This document shows positions 1-9,804 of a stretch of DNA of 63,096 bases, piece by piece. Origin of the DNA: an uncultured Verrucomicrobiota bacterium (GTDB lineage: Bacteria; Verrucomicrobiota; Kiritimatiellia; RFP12; UBA3636); assembly GCA_949295265.1 (NCBI GenBank), contig CASFKR010000004.1:1-63096 (forward strand), read 5' to 3'. The translations under genes were made by a program, and so were the position numbers. Position 1 is the stretch's first letter. Each line of letters opens with the position of its first letter. A model generated the notes under the pieces. That model saw only the letters and a program-made list of their open reading frames with translations, was not told where the DNA came from and searched no databases.

Positions 1-1782
1 ATAATCCACATGCCCCGCAACGGCTGTGGGCGGTTTGGGAATGCTCACGCAGAAGGATTTGAGCGGGAAGTGGGCGCGGCCGTCGTTGGCGCCGTCCCAG
101 TGTTCGAGCTTCCGGTCCAGCGGAAAACGGATTTCTTCCCAGGCGCCGGTTCCCTTGAGGCGCGTTTTCCACTGGAGGGTCTGTCCGGTGGCGTCCGTCA
201 CGCGGAAGGTGAGCTGCTGAGCCACCGGGGAGCGTGCGGCAAACCGAATGGCGGCGGCCCCTTCCACGGCGGCGGGAACCGTGGCCATGACGTACGGCGT
301 CGATTTTGAGCGGGACGCCGAGAAATCGTACTGAACGCGGAGATAGGAGACGCCGTCCGTATCCTTTTCAAGGGCCAACGAACCTTTCCCCGTATTGGGA
401 ATGAAGGTCCACGCCGCACCGGCTTCGAAGAGCCCCAGCGGACGCCCGCCCGGCGGAATGGCCGTGACGTCGTGGGCCACGGGCTGCGGTTTGGGCGTCG
501 TGGTAACGGCGGAAACGGGCTCGCCGTCCTGACCGGAAAGCGGGAGGTAAACGGGCAGTTCGTTCAGCGCGATGGTTTGCTTTTTGCCTCCGGCATAGGT
601 GAGTGCAATTTCGTGCGGCCAGACTTCGTCGGGGGTCCCCTGCGGGGGAGGTGCGGTCCATGCCGCCAACTTGCGCGCTCCGGCGTCATTGACCAGGATC
701 AGCAGATAGTCCTGCGCAGAATCGGTCTGAATGCGCGACTGCACACGATAGCCGGAAAGCTCCTTCACGAGCGTCCGGAGCGCTTCCACGGCAGGCGCTT
801 CCGTGCCGTCGGGACGGAAGAGGGCAAAACCTTCGTTGCCGCCCCATTCATACCAGACGGAGAACCGTACGCCGCAAAGTTGGTCGATGAGCGCCTGGCG
901 GACAAAATGTGCGGCCTGGTGTGCCGCGGCTTTGGCGGCTTCGCCGCCGCTCCAGCCTTCACCCGTGGCGGTTTCTTTCGCCGCATAGCCGCGCTCTGTA
1001 TTGCCCATCGGCAAATCGGGCGCGCCGTATTTTTTGAGCAGCTGGCGGGTGACGGAATGCCCGACGGCATGCTCTTCCGGCGTGCGGACGCCATAGGGGT
1101 GCACGGACCAGCCGGAAATGCCGCTCTTGAGCACGCCCTTCCGAAAGCAGAATTCGGTCCATTCATAGCTCGGCTGCCAGTAGTTGGAAACCGAACCGGC
1201 AACGACAACGCAAGAAGGGTCGGCTTCCCGCATCTTGGGCACGACTGTATTGACGAGAGCGGAATACTCATCCGCATACGGTTCGCTGTTGTGCGTGCCG
1301 TCCTTGCGCCAGAAGGTGCGCACATTCGGTTCATTCCAGATTTCGAACACAATCGGATCATCGGCATAGTGACGGGCTGCCGCAGCGGCAAAGGCGGCGA
1401 ATCCTTCGCGCCCAGCTTGCGTGAGAATCCCTCCGCGGCTTTCCCCGTAGAGCGAATTGCCGCCGAAGAGGCAGGCGATAACTGTCATGCCCAGCTCGCG
1501 GGCACGCGCCACTTGCGCATCAAATGCGGAAAAATCGTAAACACCCTTTTCCTTTTCAACGGCATTCCAGTAAAAGCCGCGCCGGATGATCCGGAACCCG
1601 AGCGCATGTGCTTTTTCAATGGTGGCAAGATTCCATCCATCCGGCTTGAGCTGTACGCCGAGACAGTCCGGGAACCGTCCCCCGGGCAGCGCATTGCGCG
1701 CTTCTGCGGCATTGGCGGGGGAAAGGGAGGCGACGGAAATCGCGCCGCAAAGGCTCAGCGCGGTGACCAGCTTCTTTTTCAT
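1..1782 (-). CDS. Secreted glycoside hydrolase family 5 (cellulase/mannanase-type), 3' end truncated by window edge
   Basis: Not in the supplied ORF track because it has no stop inside the window. The minus-strand ATG at 1782-1780 opens MKKKLVTALSLCGAISVASLSPANA (signal peptide) and the frame stays open to position 1. It contains ...DDPIVFEIWNEPN..., the GH5 acid/base NEP box. The C-terminal ~250 aa are non-catalytic. Confidence 0.8.
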   Translation of the reverse strand, partial: MKKKLVTALSLCGAISVASLSPANAAEARNALPGGRFPDCLGVQLKPDGWNLATIEKAHALGFRIIRRGFYWNAVEKEKGVYDFSAFDAQVARARELGMTVIACLFGGNSLYGESRGGILTQAGREGFAAFAAAAARHYADDPIVFEIWNEPNVRTFWRKDGTHNSEPYADEYSALVNTVVPKMREADPSCVVVAGSVSNYWQPSYEWTEFCFRKGVLKSGISGWSVHPYGVRTPEEHAVGHSVTRQLLKKYGAPDLPMGNTERGYAAKETATGEGWSGGEAAKAAAHQAAHFVRQALIDQLCGVRFSVWYEWGGNEGFALFRPDGTEAPAVEALRTLVKELSGYRVQSRIQTDSAQDYLLILVNDAGARKLAAWTAPPPQGTPDEVWPHEIALTYAGGKKQTIALNELPVYLPLSGQDGEPVSAVTTTPKPQPVAHDVTAIPPGGRPLGLFEAGAAWTFIPNTGKGSLALEKDTDGVSYLRVQYDFSASRSKSTPYVMATVPAAVEGAAAIRFAARSPVAQQLTFRVTDATGQTLQWKTRLKGTGAWEEIRFPLDRKLEHWDGANDGRAHFPLKSFCVSIPKPPTAVAGHVDY

Positions 1783-2194
1783 GCTGACAGGGGGATAGGG
1801 GATGATAGTACTCGTGTTACTTACGGAAGAAAACGTGAAATGTCGTCTCCCGGAGCTTCACTTTGGTCAATCGACGATTTCACTTTCCGCACACAATCAA
1901 TATACCCTGTTCTCTCTCCAAAATCAACGAATCCTCCCCTGAATTTATCCTTTTTTTTCATTCCCCTTTTATCCAAAAATGTTCGACGGGTATCGACAAG
2001 ATAAAAAATCAACTGCTGCCGGCAATCCTATCAGCGAAAGTCGGCAGGCGTTTTACGAAATCCGGATAAGCTGTTAGCTCGGTATCTTTTTCAGGGCGGG
2101 TTTAGTAGGATTCCGGACTTGTCATGCGCGGAACCCGGGGTCGTGACGGCGAACCCGCAGCCTGTTCCGCTTTTATCCATTTTTCTTTTTCCTT

Positions 2195-3004
2195 ATGTAC
2201 GTTCAAACCTTTTGTCCGAATGGAATCCGCGCTCTTCTTTTCTGCGCAATGGCCGTTTTCCCTGTTCTTGCCGTGGCGCAGCCCGAAGATGCCGCCGGTA
2301 CGGCCATTGATTTTGAAGAGACGTTTGAACCGACGCCGGATTGGTCGTTCGTGACGTCGTTCGGATATGATTCCCGCAACGGCAATACGGACAAGGATGC
2401 CGTCAGTGCGCATGCCGAGGCGGTGAAGACCGAGGGTCAGATGCGGTTCAATTTTGCCGTTGACGGCGCCTGGGAAACCGAGGAAACGGAAGCCGAAGGC
2501 GAAAAGAAAGATGAGACGACGGTCAACAACGTCAAGGCGTCTGGCAATGTGAAAGCCATGCGGAATGGCTATTTCCTGTACTTTGACGTCAGTGGTCTGC
2601 ACGATGACATTGCGGATATCCGGTACCGGTTCATCGAGTCGCTCGGTGTCGGTACGTTCCTCTGGGACGAGCCGGAACTGCGCTTTTCCGTGCAGGGCGG
2701 TGTTGCGTACGTGCAGGAAGATTTGGGCGAATCGGACGATTACGCCGCCTTGCGTGTGGCGGAGCGGGTCGACTGGAAACCGGCACAAGCCAATGGTGTC
2801 AGTTTCTGGGAGTCGGCGGAGGCGTTGCTTTCCTGCGACGGGATGGAGCGCTGGCTGCTGAACTGCGAGGCGGGTGTGGATGTTCCGCTGTTTGCAGACC
2901 TGTCCCTCCGCTTTAAATGGCTCTGCAACTACGATTCCGAGCCGGCGGATGACAAGTGCTCCACGGATCGGCGCTTCCTGATGGAAGTCGCCTACCGTTT
3001 CTGA
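2195..3004 (+). CDS. DUF481-like outer-membrane beta-barrel protein
   Basis: 269-aa ORF with a signal peptide (...AVFPVLAVAQPED). It shows alternating aromatic/acidic strand patterns and ends ...MEVAYRF (terminal Phe is typical of OM barrels). The family call is from memory of DUF481/YdiY proteins. Confidence 0.6.
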   Translation: MYVQTFCPNGIRALLFCAMAVFPVLAVAQPEDAAGTAIDFEETFEPTPDWSFVTSFGYDSRNGNTDKDAVSAHAEAVKTEGQMRFNFAVDGAWETEETEAEGEKKDETTVNNVKASGNVKAMRNGYFLYFDVSGLHDDIADIRYRFIESLGVGTFLWDEPELRFSVQGGVAYVQEDLGESDDYAALRVAERVDWKPAQANGVSFWESAEALLSCDGMERWLLNCEAGVDVPLFADLSLRFKWLCNYDSEPADDKCSTDRRFLMEVAYRF

Positions 3005-3041
3005 GACGTTCTGCAGCGATGGCTCCCGGCGCGAGGACGCG

Positions 3042-4013
3042 TCAGCCCGCATGAGCGTCCATGCGGACGGGAGCAACTTCGCGGGCGAGGCGGTCGACCG
3101 CTTCCGGGTCGGGCGGCAGTGCGCCGGGGCGGGTCGTCGCCAATGCCCCGGCAGCTACCGCGTGCGCCATTGTTTCTGCCGTGAGACCTGAGTGCCGGGC
3201 AAAATAGCGGTAGCAGAATTCGGCGAGGAGGGTGTCGCCGGCGCCGGTGGTGTCGACGACGGGGACCAGCGGTGAATCCACGCGGTAGATGGCGTGTGCT
3301 TCGCCGTTCGTTTCGCGGGCGGCGAACCAGCAGCCGTTTGCTCCATCGGAGAGGATGACCAGCGGCGTGCGCGTCAGCAGCCGCGAAATGGCGCGCAGGA
3401 AGTCCGCCTCGGTCTGAAGGGAGAACCCGAGAAGTTCGGCGCATTCTGCGCGATTGGGCTTGATGAGTGCGGGGCACGCTTCCGCGCCGTGGTGAAGCGC
3501 TTTGCCTGCGGTGTCCAACACGATGGGCCCCAGCCGTTGCAGGAGCGCAATCAACTGCGCATAGAAATCAGCGGGGAAGGTTGCAGGAAGGGAGCCGGAA
3601 AGCAGAAAGGCGTCCGGTGCGGAAGCGGTCCGGCCGAGCAGTTTTTCCGCGAAGTGTTCCGCAGGAAAGGCGGAGGCGTCAAGCCCCGGAAAAGCCGGGC
3701 GGTTCATTTTGAACATGCCGCACGGCGAAGTAAACATGATGTTGATGCGGGCGGCACCGGGCACACGCGTCAAGGCGTCTTCAATGCCCGCTTGAGAGAG
3801 TTCCTCCTCAAATGGCGCGGCATTGTCAGCGCCGAGGAGACCGGCAAGCCGGACGCGCTCGCCGCGCAAGGCGAGCCAGCGCGCGACGTTGAGCCCCTTG
3901 CCGCCCACATGCGCCGTTTCATTGGCACCCTTGATGACATCGCCCGGCCGCGGAAATTTCGGCAGGCTGATGGTGGTGTCGATGGCGGGAGAGAGGCAGA
4001 GGACGGAAAGCAT
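3042..4013 (-). CDS. PfkB-family sugar-phosphate kinase (1-phosphofructokinase/tagatose-6-P kinase-like)
   Basis: 323 aa. Motifs: LSPAIDTT, GGKGLNVAR, and C-terminal DTTGAGDTLLAEF (PfkB ATP/anion-hole motif). Confidence 0.8.
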   Translation of the reverse strand: MLSVLCLSPAIDTTISLPKFPRPGDVIKGANETAHVGGKGLNVARWLALRGERVRLAGLLGADNAAPFEEELSQAGIEDALTRVPGAARINIMFTSPCGMFKMNRPAFPGLDASAFPAEHFAEKLLGRTASAPDAFLLSGSLPATFPADFYAQLIALLQRLGPIVLDTAGKALHHGAEACPALIKPNRAECAELLGFSLQTEADFLRAISRLLTRTPLVILSDGANGCWFAARETNGEAHAIYRVDSPLVPVVDTTGAGDTLLAEFCYRYFARHSGLTAETMAHAVAAGALATTRPGALPPDPEAVDRLAREVAPVRMDAHAG

Positions 4014-4134
4014 GGCGGGGTGCCGGGCAGGGGGCGAGGGCGCAAAAGAACCCTCCCGTCGTCTGGGCCCGCCGAATGGGAGGGGAAACGGCGGGCTGGA
4101 GGGAAAATGACGAGGGGAGGGAACAGGGAAAAAC

Positions 4135-5478
4135 TTATCCGCGGACGAGGGGCTCGTATCCCATATACTCGCCCTGACGCGTCACATCAATCACGGCCTG
4201 CCACAGGGCGCCGTTGGTATCGACCTTCTGGCGTTCCACGGTGGCGAGGGCAATGGGGACGAGCATGTAGACATCGGCGCATTTGCCGACAACGCAATTC
4301 GTGCGCCCGGCCATGGCGGCATGAACCGCATTTTTGGCCAGAAGGGTGCAGTGAATCGAGTCGGATCCGCGTGCGGGGACGGAGCGGATGGTGTAGCTCG
4401 GGTCAAAATATTTGACCGAAACGGGCTTCCCTTTTTCGCGGAAATGCGATTCGATGACGGATTTGAGGTAGGAGCCGATATCCTTCTTGAGAATATTTCC
4501 GGAGGCATCGCGCTTTTCCTCGCCGGCAATCAGTTCCTGCCCCGCACCTTCTGCAACAACGATGACGGCATGCGTCTTGCCGATGCCGAAACGGCGGTCA
4601 AGCGCTGTCAAGACGCCGTGTTCGCCCTCGAGTTCGAAAGGCATTTCGGGAATCAGGCAGAGGTTGACCACGGAGTTGGCGATGGCGGCATAGGCGGCGA
4701 TGAAGCCGGAGTCGCGCCCCATGAGTTTGACGAGCCCGATGCCGCGCGGGGCTCCTTTGGCTTCCACATGGGCGCAGGAAATGACCTTTCCCGTCTCGTA
4801 GACCGCCGTTTCAAACCCGAACGAGCGTCCGATGAATGCCAAGTCGTTATCGATGGTCTTCGGAACGCCGACTACGCTGATGGAAAGCTTGCGGCGCTGA
4901 ATTTCCTCGGCAATATCGCGGGCGGCGCGCAACGTACCGTCTCCACCGATGGTGAAGAGCATGTTGATGTTCAGGTGCGCGAGCGTATTGACGATCGTTT
5001 TCGTGTCCTGACCGCCGCGGGAAGAGCCGAGAATGGTTCCGCCCATTTCGTGAATGTCATCCACCACATCCGGCGTGAGGATGATGGGTTCGTGGCCGTA
5101 GGAGGGAACGAGGCCCTCGAAGCCGTAGCGGACGCCGAAGATGTGCCGCACGCCGTAATCGAACCAGAGGGTTTGCACGAGCCCCTTGATGACGTCGTTC
5201 AATCCGGGGCAGAGACCGCCGCAGGTGACGATGGCCGCGCGCGACCAGGCCGGATCGTGGAAAATCATCTTGTGCGGTCCGGCCTTTTCGAAGGACGGAA
5301 CCGGCACATCCTTGCGGATGGCATCCTGAACGGAGGCAAAGTCGTGATCGATGATGGTCCGCTCATCCGCATTCACGTAGAAGGGTACGCGAATCGGAGA
5401 ATCAATGGTGCATTCGCCCAGTGTGTCAACGTTGAAGTTGACCTGACTGGGATTGTCCATAATCTCTTTAATCGTCAT
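4135..5478 (-). CDS. pfkA: 6-phosphofructokinase, long PfkA-family type (probably ATP-dependent)
   Basis: 447 aa. Motifs: TCGGLCPGLNDVIKG, TIGGDGT, VPKTIDND, LMGRDSG. GGDGT rather than GGDDS suggests an ATP donor (inference). Confidence 0.85.
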   Translation of the reverse strand: MTIKEIMDNPSQVNFNVDTLGECTIDSPIRVPFYVNADERTIIDHDFASVQDAIRKDVPVPSFEKAGPHKMIFHDPAWSRAAIVTCGGLCPGLNDVIKGLVQTLWFDYGVRHIFGVRYGFEGLVPSYGHEPIILTPDVVDDIHEMGGTILGSSRGGQDTKTIVNTLAHLNINMLFTIGGDGTLRAARDIAEEIQRRKLSISVVGVPKTIDNDLAFIGRSFGFETAVYETGKVISCAHVEAKGAPRGIGLVKLMGRDSGFIAAYAAIANSVVNLCLIPEMPFELEGEHGVLTALDRRFGIGKTHAVIVVAEGAGQELIAGEEKRDASGNILKKDIGSYLKSVIESHFREKGKPVSVKYFDPSYTIRSVPARGSDSIHCTLLAKNAVHAAMAGRTNCVVGKCADVYMLVPIALATVERQKVDTNGALWQAVIDVTRQGEYMGYEPLVRG

Positions 5479-5538
5479 GGTGATGGCTGAAAAATGAGGG
5501 AAGGACCGGTAGAAAAGGAAGGGCGGAGCCGGGCTGCC

Positions 5539-7113
5539 TCAGAACGAAACGCAACGGGCGATGCGCGCCTGAATTTCCCCGGCGATCTTCGAAACCAGTT
5601 CTTCGGAAACGGGCTTGTTGATGGCGAGGAGGGCGAGCGAGTTGCCGGTGGAGGGGTTGTGCGGGTTGCGCATATCCTCGATATTGACGTCCGCCGAGGC
5701 GAGCGCCTTGGAAATGGCGGCGATGACGCCCGGGCGGTCCTTGTACTCGAAGACCACGGCGTGACCGGCGGGAACCCAGTAGAGGTGATTGAACTCGTCG
5801 ATGCGCGCAATCATGGTGAGATTTTCTCCGACGGTGCCGCGGACGGAGACGCAGGTTTCGGTTCCGGCGTTGTCGCGGGAAATGAGGTCGACCGTCATCG
5901 AGGCGTCATAATGCTTGGCGGGGTCAGGCTCGCGCACCTTGAAGACGATGCCCTTTTCCTCAAGCCCCTTGAGCGTGGCCTTGTAGTCGGTTGTGCGGTC
6001 GATATCTTCCCAGATGCCGTTCAGGAGCGAGAGCGTAAGCCACTGCGAGAAAGGCGCGAGCGTCCCGTAGCAGGAGATTTCGATGCGGGAGAGGGGGCGG
6101 TCCTTGCCGAGGAGGGCGCGGCTGAGTTGGGCGAGCGTGTAGGCCAAGCCGCAGTAGGAGGCGTCGAGTCCTTGCGGGATGTCGCGGTTGACGATAAAGG
6201 GAGAAACACCCTTTTCATCGAGGTCAACGAGCTCTTCCGCGGCGCGGATGGCCGCATTGCGGTTGGCTTCGACGGTGGAGGCGCCCAGGTGCGGCATCAT
6301 GAGGTCCGCAATGTCGGCGACCGACTTGGGACCTTCGGCGTCCTTGGGGTAGACGTCGTTCAGAAAGCGGATGGATTTGACCTGACGCGCGGCGCGGATG
6401 TCATCCTCGTTGACGATGCCGGCACGGGCGCAGTTGATAAGCGTGGCGTCGTTTTTCATCAACTGGAGCAGGTCCTTGTTGACGAAGCCCTTGGTTTCGT
6501 TGTTCTGCGGAATGTGCAGGGTGACGAAATCGGATTCCGCGAAAATGGTGCGCACGTCGGAAGGCTCGATGCCGAAATCCTTGACGCGGTCGGCGGGGAC
6601 GAGCGGGTCGAAGCCCAGAATGCGGCATTCAAACCCGGCCAGGCGCTTGGCGACGAGGCGCCCGATGTTGCCCAGCCCGATGATGCCGACCGTTTTGCCG
6701 GTCAGTTCGCGGCCCATGAGTTTGGACTTCTCCCACTGCCCGGCGCGCGTTGTTTCATCGGCGCGGACAATGTGGCGGCAATCGGCGAGAATGAGGGCGA
6801 TGACCTCCTCGGCGACGGCGTTGGAGTTGGCGCCCGGCGTGTTCATGACGTCGATGCCCTTCGTGCGGGCATATTTGCCGTCAATGTTGTCAAAGCCGGC
6901 GCCGGCCCGTACAACTACGCGCAGGCTCGGGAGCGCGTCAATCACCTCTGCGGTGACCTTTTCCGAGCGGACAATCAGTCCGTGGACGTCGGGATTGGCT
7001 TTTGCCAGATCGAGAATCGGCGTCTTGGGGTCTTGAACGACGGTATATCCGTTATCCTGAAGGATTTTGGAGGCCGTGGAGTCGAGTTTGGTGGGAATCA
7101 GAACCTTTTTCAT
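5539..7113 (-). CDS. serA: D-3-phosphoglycerate dehydrogenase (long form with C-terminal regulatory domains)
   Basis: 524 aa. D-2-hydroxyacid dehydrogenase fold with the GIIGLGNIGRLVA NAD motif plus a C-terminal ASB/ACT-like region. The length matches type I SerA. Confidence 0.9.
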   Translation of the reverse strand: MKKVLIPTKLDSTASKILQDNGYTVVQDPKTPILDLAKANPDVHGLIVRSEKVTAEVIDALPSLRVVVRAGAGFDNIDGKYARTKGIDVMNTPGANSNAVAEEVIALILADCRHIVRADETTRAGQWEKSKLMGRELTGKTVGIIGLGNIGRLVAKRLAGFECRILGFDPLVPADRVKDFGIEPSDVRTIFAESDFVTLHIPQNNETKGFVNKDLLQLMKNDATLINCARAGIVNEDDIRAARQVKSIRFLNDVYPKDAEGPKSVADIADLMMPHLGASTVEANRNAAIRAAEELVDLDEKGVSPFIVNRDIPQGLDASYCGLAYTLAQLSRALLGKDRPLSRIEISCYGTLAPFSQWLTLSLLNGIWEDIDRTTDYKATLKGLEEKGIVFKVREPDPAKHYDASMTVDLISRDNAGTETCVSVRGTVGENLTMIARIDEFNHLYWVPAGHAVVFEYKDRPGVIAAISKALASADVNIEDMRNPHNPSTGNSLALLAINKPVSEELVSKIAGEIQARIARCVSF

Positions 7114-7249
7114 CGGAGGCAGTAGTCAATCAGCCGGAATTCTGGTAGGCTGAAGAGGCATGAATGCGCCTCAGGCAGCCGCTCGTTTTCCTGCCGTAAA
7201 CGAACGAAAAATCAGTGTATGTTTTGGGGTCAATTATAGGAGAACAAAG

Positions 7250-8281
7250 ATGACGAAATCAAGAACAAACGCCGTTGCCCGGCTTTTCTGCGGGTTGGCT
7301 GTTTGGATTCTTGTCGCCAGCCCGAGTCCCGCCTACACCCCGGTGCAACGGGGGGGACGGGTTTCGGATACGAGTCAATCGACTTTTGAGCGGACGGACA
7401 ATGCCGCGGCTCCGGACTACAAAGAGCCGGGCTTCTTCTGGACGCGTCCGCGGGAAAAGACAGCGGAAGCGCAAATGGCCCGCGCCCGTGCTTTGGAGGC
7501 GGCGGGTTCCACGCGCAAGGCGCGCAAGGCGTATGAGGCCCTCGTCCGCGAATGGGGCGATGCTCCGGAAGCCGCAGAAGCGCAGCTCAAGTTCGCACAG
7601 CTTTGCGAAGCGGCCGGCAAATACGAGCGGGCGTTCCGGGAGTATCAGTATTACCTGGAGCACTATGCCGGCGGCAGGGTGTCTGATCTCGCCAGCTATA
7701 TTGACATCGTTTCCTCTCAGTTCGGTATCGCCAATGCGCTTCGGGCGCGCGTGACCAGTCCGCTGGGGCCGTCCATGGAGACGGTTGCCTCCATGTACCG
7801 CCACATTGTCGACAATGCGCCGGATTGGGAACGGGCTCCGGATTGCGTCTTTTACGAAGCGCTCACCTATGAGGCGTGCAATGCATTGCAGAAGGCGGTT
7901 CCTGTATTTGAGCGCCTGTGCACGAAGTACCCGGCCAGCGGTTTGGTTGCGGATGCCCGGTATCGCGCCGCCTTTTGCCGTTATACGCTTTCGTCCAAGG
8001 CGAAAAACGACGAACGTTCCGCCGCCAACGCGCTTCAGGCGGTTCAGCTTGCACGGCGCGTTGCACCCAGTCATCCGGAGGCGGCCCGCGCCGGCGAGGC
8101 GGCGGCTGACCTTTCCCGCCGCCTTTCCCGCATGGCGTACGAAAAGGCCGAATTCTACGACCGGATTCGCGCCAACCCGAAGGCCGCCCGTATCGCCTAC
8201 GAGCAATTCCTCAAGGCGTATCCCGCTTCGGAGGAGGCCGAAATCGTCCGCGCCCGCCTCGCGGAACTGCCGCAACCCTGA
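7250..8281 (+). CDS. TPR/helical-repeat envelope protein (YbgF/BamD-like), secreted or lipoprotein
   Basis: ATG at 7250 is preceded by AGGAGAA. Hydrophobic N-terminus LFCGLAVWILVASPSPAYT, followed by Ala/Glu/Tyr-rich helical repeats. The ORF-track start at 7160 was rejected. Confidence 0.6.
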   Translation: MTKSRTNAVARLFCGLAVWILVASPSPAYTPVQRGGRVSDTSQSTFERTDNAAAPDYKEPGFFWTRPREKTAEAQMARARALEAAGSTRKARKAYEALVREWGDAPEAAEAQLKFAQLCEAAGKYERAFREYQYYLEHYAGGRVSDLASYIDIVSSQFGIANALRARVTSPLGPSMETVASMYRHIVDNAPDWERAPDCVFYEALTYEACNALQKAVPVFERLCTKYPASGLVADARYRAAFCRYTLSSKAKNDERSAANALQAVQLARRVAPSHPEAARAGEAAADLSRRLSRMAYEKAEFYDRIRANPKAARIAYEQFLKAYPASEEAEIVRARLAELPQP

Positions 8282-8348
8282 CACACCCCTGCCACGCGCA
8301 ACCGCACGTTTTTTTTTCGGCGGTGCCTGATTCCTGATTGTATTGACG

Positions 8349-9785
8349 ATGGCTCAGAACGTTGCTTCGTATCAGACCCGGATGTACCAAATCCTCTTTG
8401 GGTTGGGTCTTGTTTTTTTGGCGCTTGTTCTGGTCAAGACGATTATGGGCGGCAATACGACCAACCTCGGCATGGCGGTTGGTCTGATTGCCGCCGTTTG
8501 CGCGGTTTTGGCGCTGGACAAGTATTATTGGGTGTTGTTTCCCCTGTTGACGGCGGGCGGCGTCCTTGCGATTCCCGGGTTGCCTTTTAACGGGGCGGAA
8601 TTGGCCTGTATCGCCGTCATCGGCGTTTATTTCGTGCGGCTGGCGGCACACCGGGCGGGCGGTTTTCGCGTCAACAGCGACTTGCTTGTTTCCTATCCGC
8701 TTTTTGTGTGGATCTTTTTTATCTGGGCGCTGAACCCGACAGGCTTCGCCATTTTCGGAAGTGAATCGATTGGGGCCCGATTCTATTTGCGCATCATCAT
8801 GGGCTTTCTGACGTTGCATGTTTTTTCGACATTGGCGCTGGGTGAGCGGGAATGCAAAATTTTCTTCTGGGCATTGCTGGCCGGTCTGTTGATTTCTTTT
8901 GTGAACTCAATGGTTTTTGGTGCGTTTGTGGAACAGGAACTGGCGGAAACGGGGGAAACAGCAGGAGCCCGATATTATTTGATTGCCTTCGCCCCATTGT
9001 ATCACCTCCTGTTCTCCCGGTTTTCATTAGGACGCATTCTGACCTCTCCGTGGCTCCTGTTTCTGGTTTCGACCTCGGCATTGGCAACGGTGATTTCCGG
9101 AAAACGTCAGTTGTTTGCACGATTGGTCATTCTTCCGGTTGTCCGGGCGATTGTGACGCGGCAATATCGGATGATGACAGCCATTTGCTGTTTCATCGGT
9201 ATTTTGTTCCTGACATTTGCGGTCGCAGGAGACGGAGCGCTCTGGTCCATTCCGGATTCGGCGAAGCGGTCGCTGTCGGTTGTGTTCCCTTCGCTCCGTG
9301 AAAGCGGGCGTTTTGAAGGGGCCTCTGACACCTTCCGGGAAGAAGTGCATAAAAGTGCAGCCGAATTGATTAAAAGGCATCCCTGGGTCGGGCGTCGCGG
9401 TTTTGCCATGTCCCGGGAAAACGCATCGTGGCTCTATACAACCCGTCTCGGAGAGATAAACTTTGCGCTTCATGTTGCCTCCGGCAACTGGCATGGCTAT
9501 TGGCATGCTTTTGCGGCGGATTTCGGAATCCCCGGGGCTGTTATGGCGGGTATCGTATTGTTTTATATAACGTTTCGGGGCCTTTCGCTCTGCCGGAAAA
9601 TTCCGATGAATCCGCCCTACCGGTTTACGGTGGCTTTTTACTATGCCAATCTTATTTTGGGGGCATGTCTGTTCTCCATTACATCCGGTCACAGTTCCAC
9701 TTCCCTGTTGGCGCTATGGCCGAATTTCGGCATTCTGCTGGCCGTTCAGAACGGGCTGACACGCAAAGAGCTGGAAAAGGGTTGA
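8349..9785 (+). CDS. Polytopic membrane protein, O-antigen ligase/polymerase (Wzy_C)-like
   Basis: About 478 aa and about 10-12 hydrophobic segments. It sits next to GT4 and other envelope genes. The family call is tentative. Confidence 0.55.
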   Translation: MAQNVASYQTRMYQILFGLGLVFLALVLVKTIMGGNTTNLGMAVGLIAAVCAVLALDKYYWVLFPLLTAGGVLAIPGLPFNGAELACIAVIGVYFVRLAAHRAGGFRVNSDLLVSYPLFVWIFFIWALNPTGFAIFGSESIGARFYLRIIMGFLTLHVFSTLALGERECKIFFWALLAGLLISFVNSMVFGAFVEQELAETGETAGARYYLIAFAPLYHLLFSRFSLGRILTSPWLLFLVSTSALATVISGKRQLFARLVILPVVRAIVTRQYRMMTAICCFIGILFLTFAVAGDGALWSIPDSAKRSLSVVFPSLRESGRFEGASDTFREEVHKSAAELIKRHPWVGRRGFAMSRENASWLYTTRLGEINFALHVASGNWHGYWHAFAADFGIPGAVMAGIVLFYITFRGLSLCRKIPMNPPYRFTVAFYYANLILGACLFSITSGHSSTSLLALWPNFGILLAVQNGLTRKELEKG

Positions 9786-9804
9786 TATCCCTGATTTATT
9801 TGTC

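Noticed and set aside
472-2004. 510-aa plus-strand ORF in the track
   Set aside because: It is antisense to the GH5 gene, which has a signal peptide and the NEP catalytic box. Its translation is Arg/Gly/Ala-rich with no motifs, so it is a typical high-GC shadow ORF.
5494-7125. 543-aa plus-strand ORF. Similar long antisense ORFs lie at 10876-12582, 13765-15558, 29458-30957, 41447-42895, 44794-46437, 54114-55637 and 58676-60352.
   Set aside because: Each lies opposite a gene with strong family motifs (serA, uvrA-like, gspF, PATR, XRE, waaA, fabF and others) and has skewed Arg/Gly/Ala composition. All are high-GC shadow ORFs.
8282-8320. T9 run after the TPR gene as an intrinsic terminator
   Set aside because: I could not draw a convincing GC-rich stem immediately upstream of the T-tract, so it is left uncalled.
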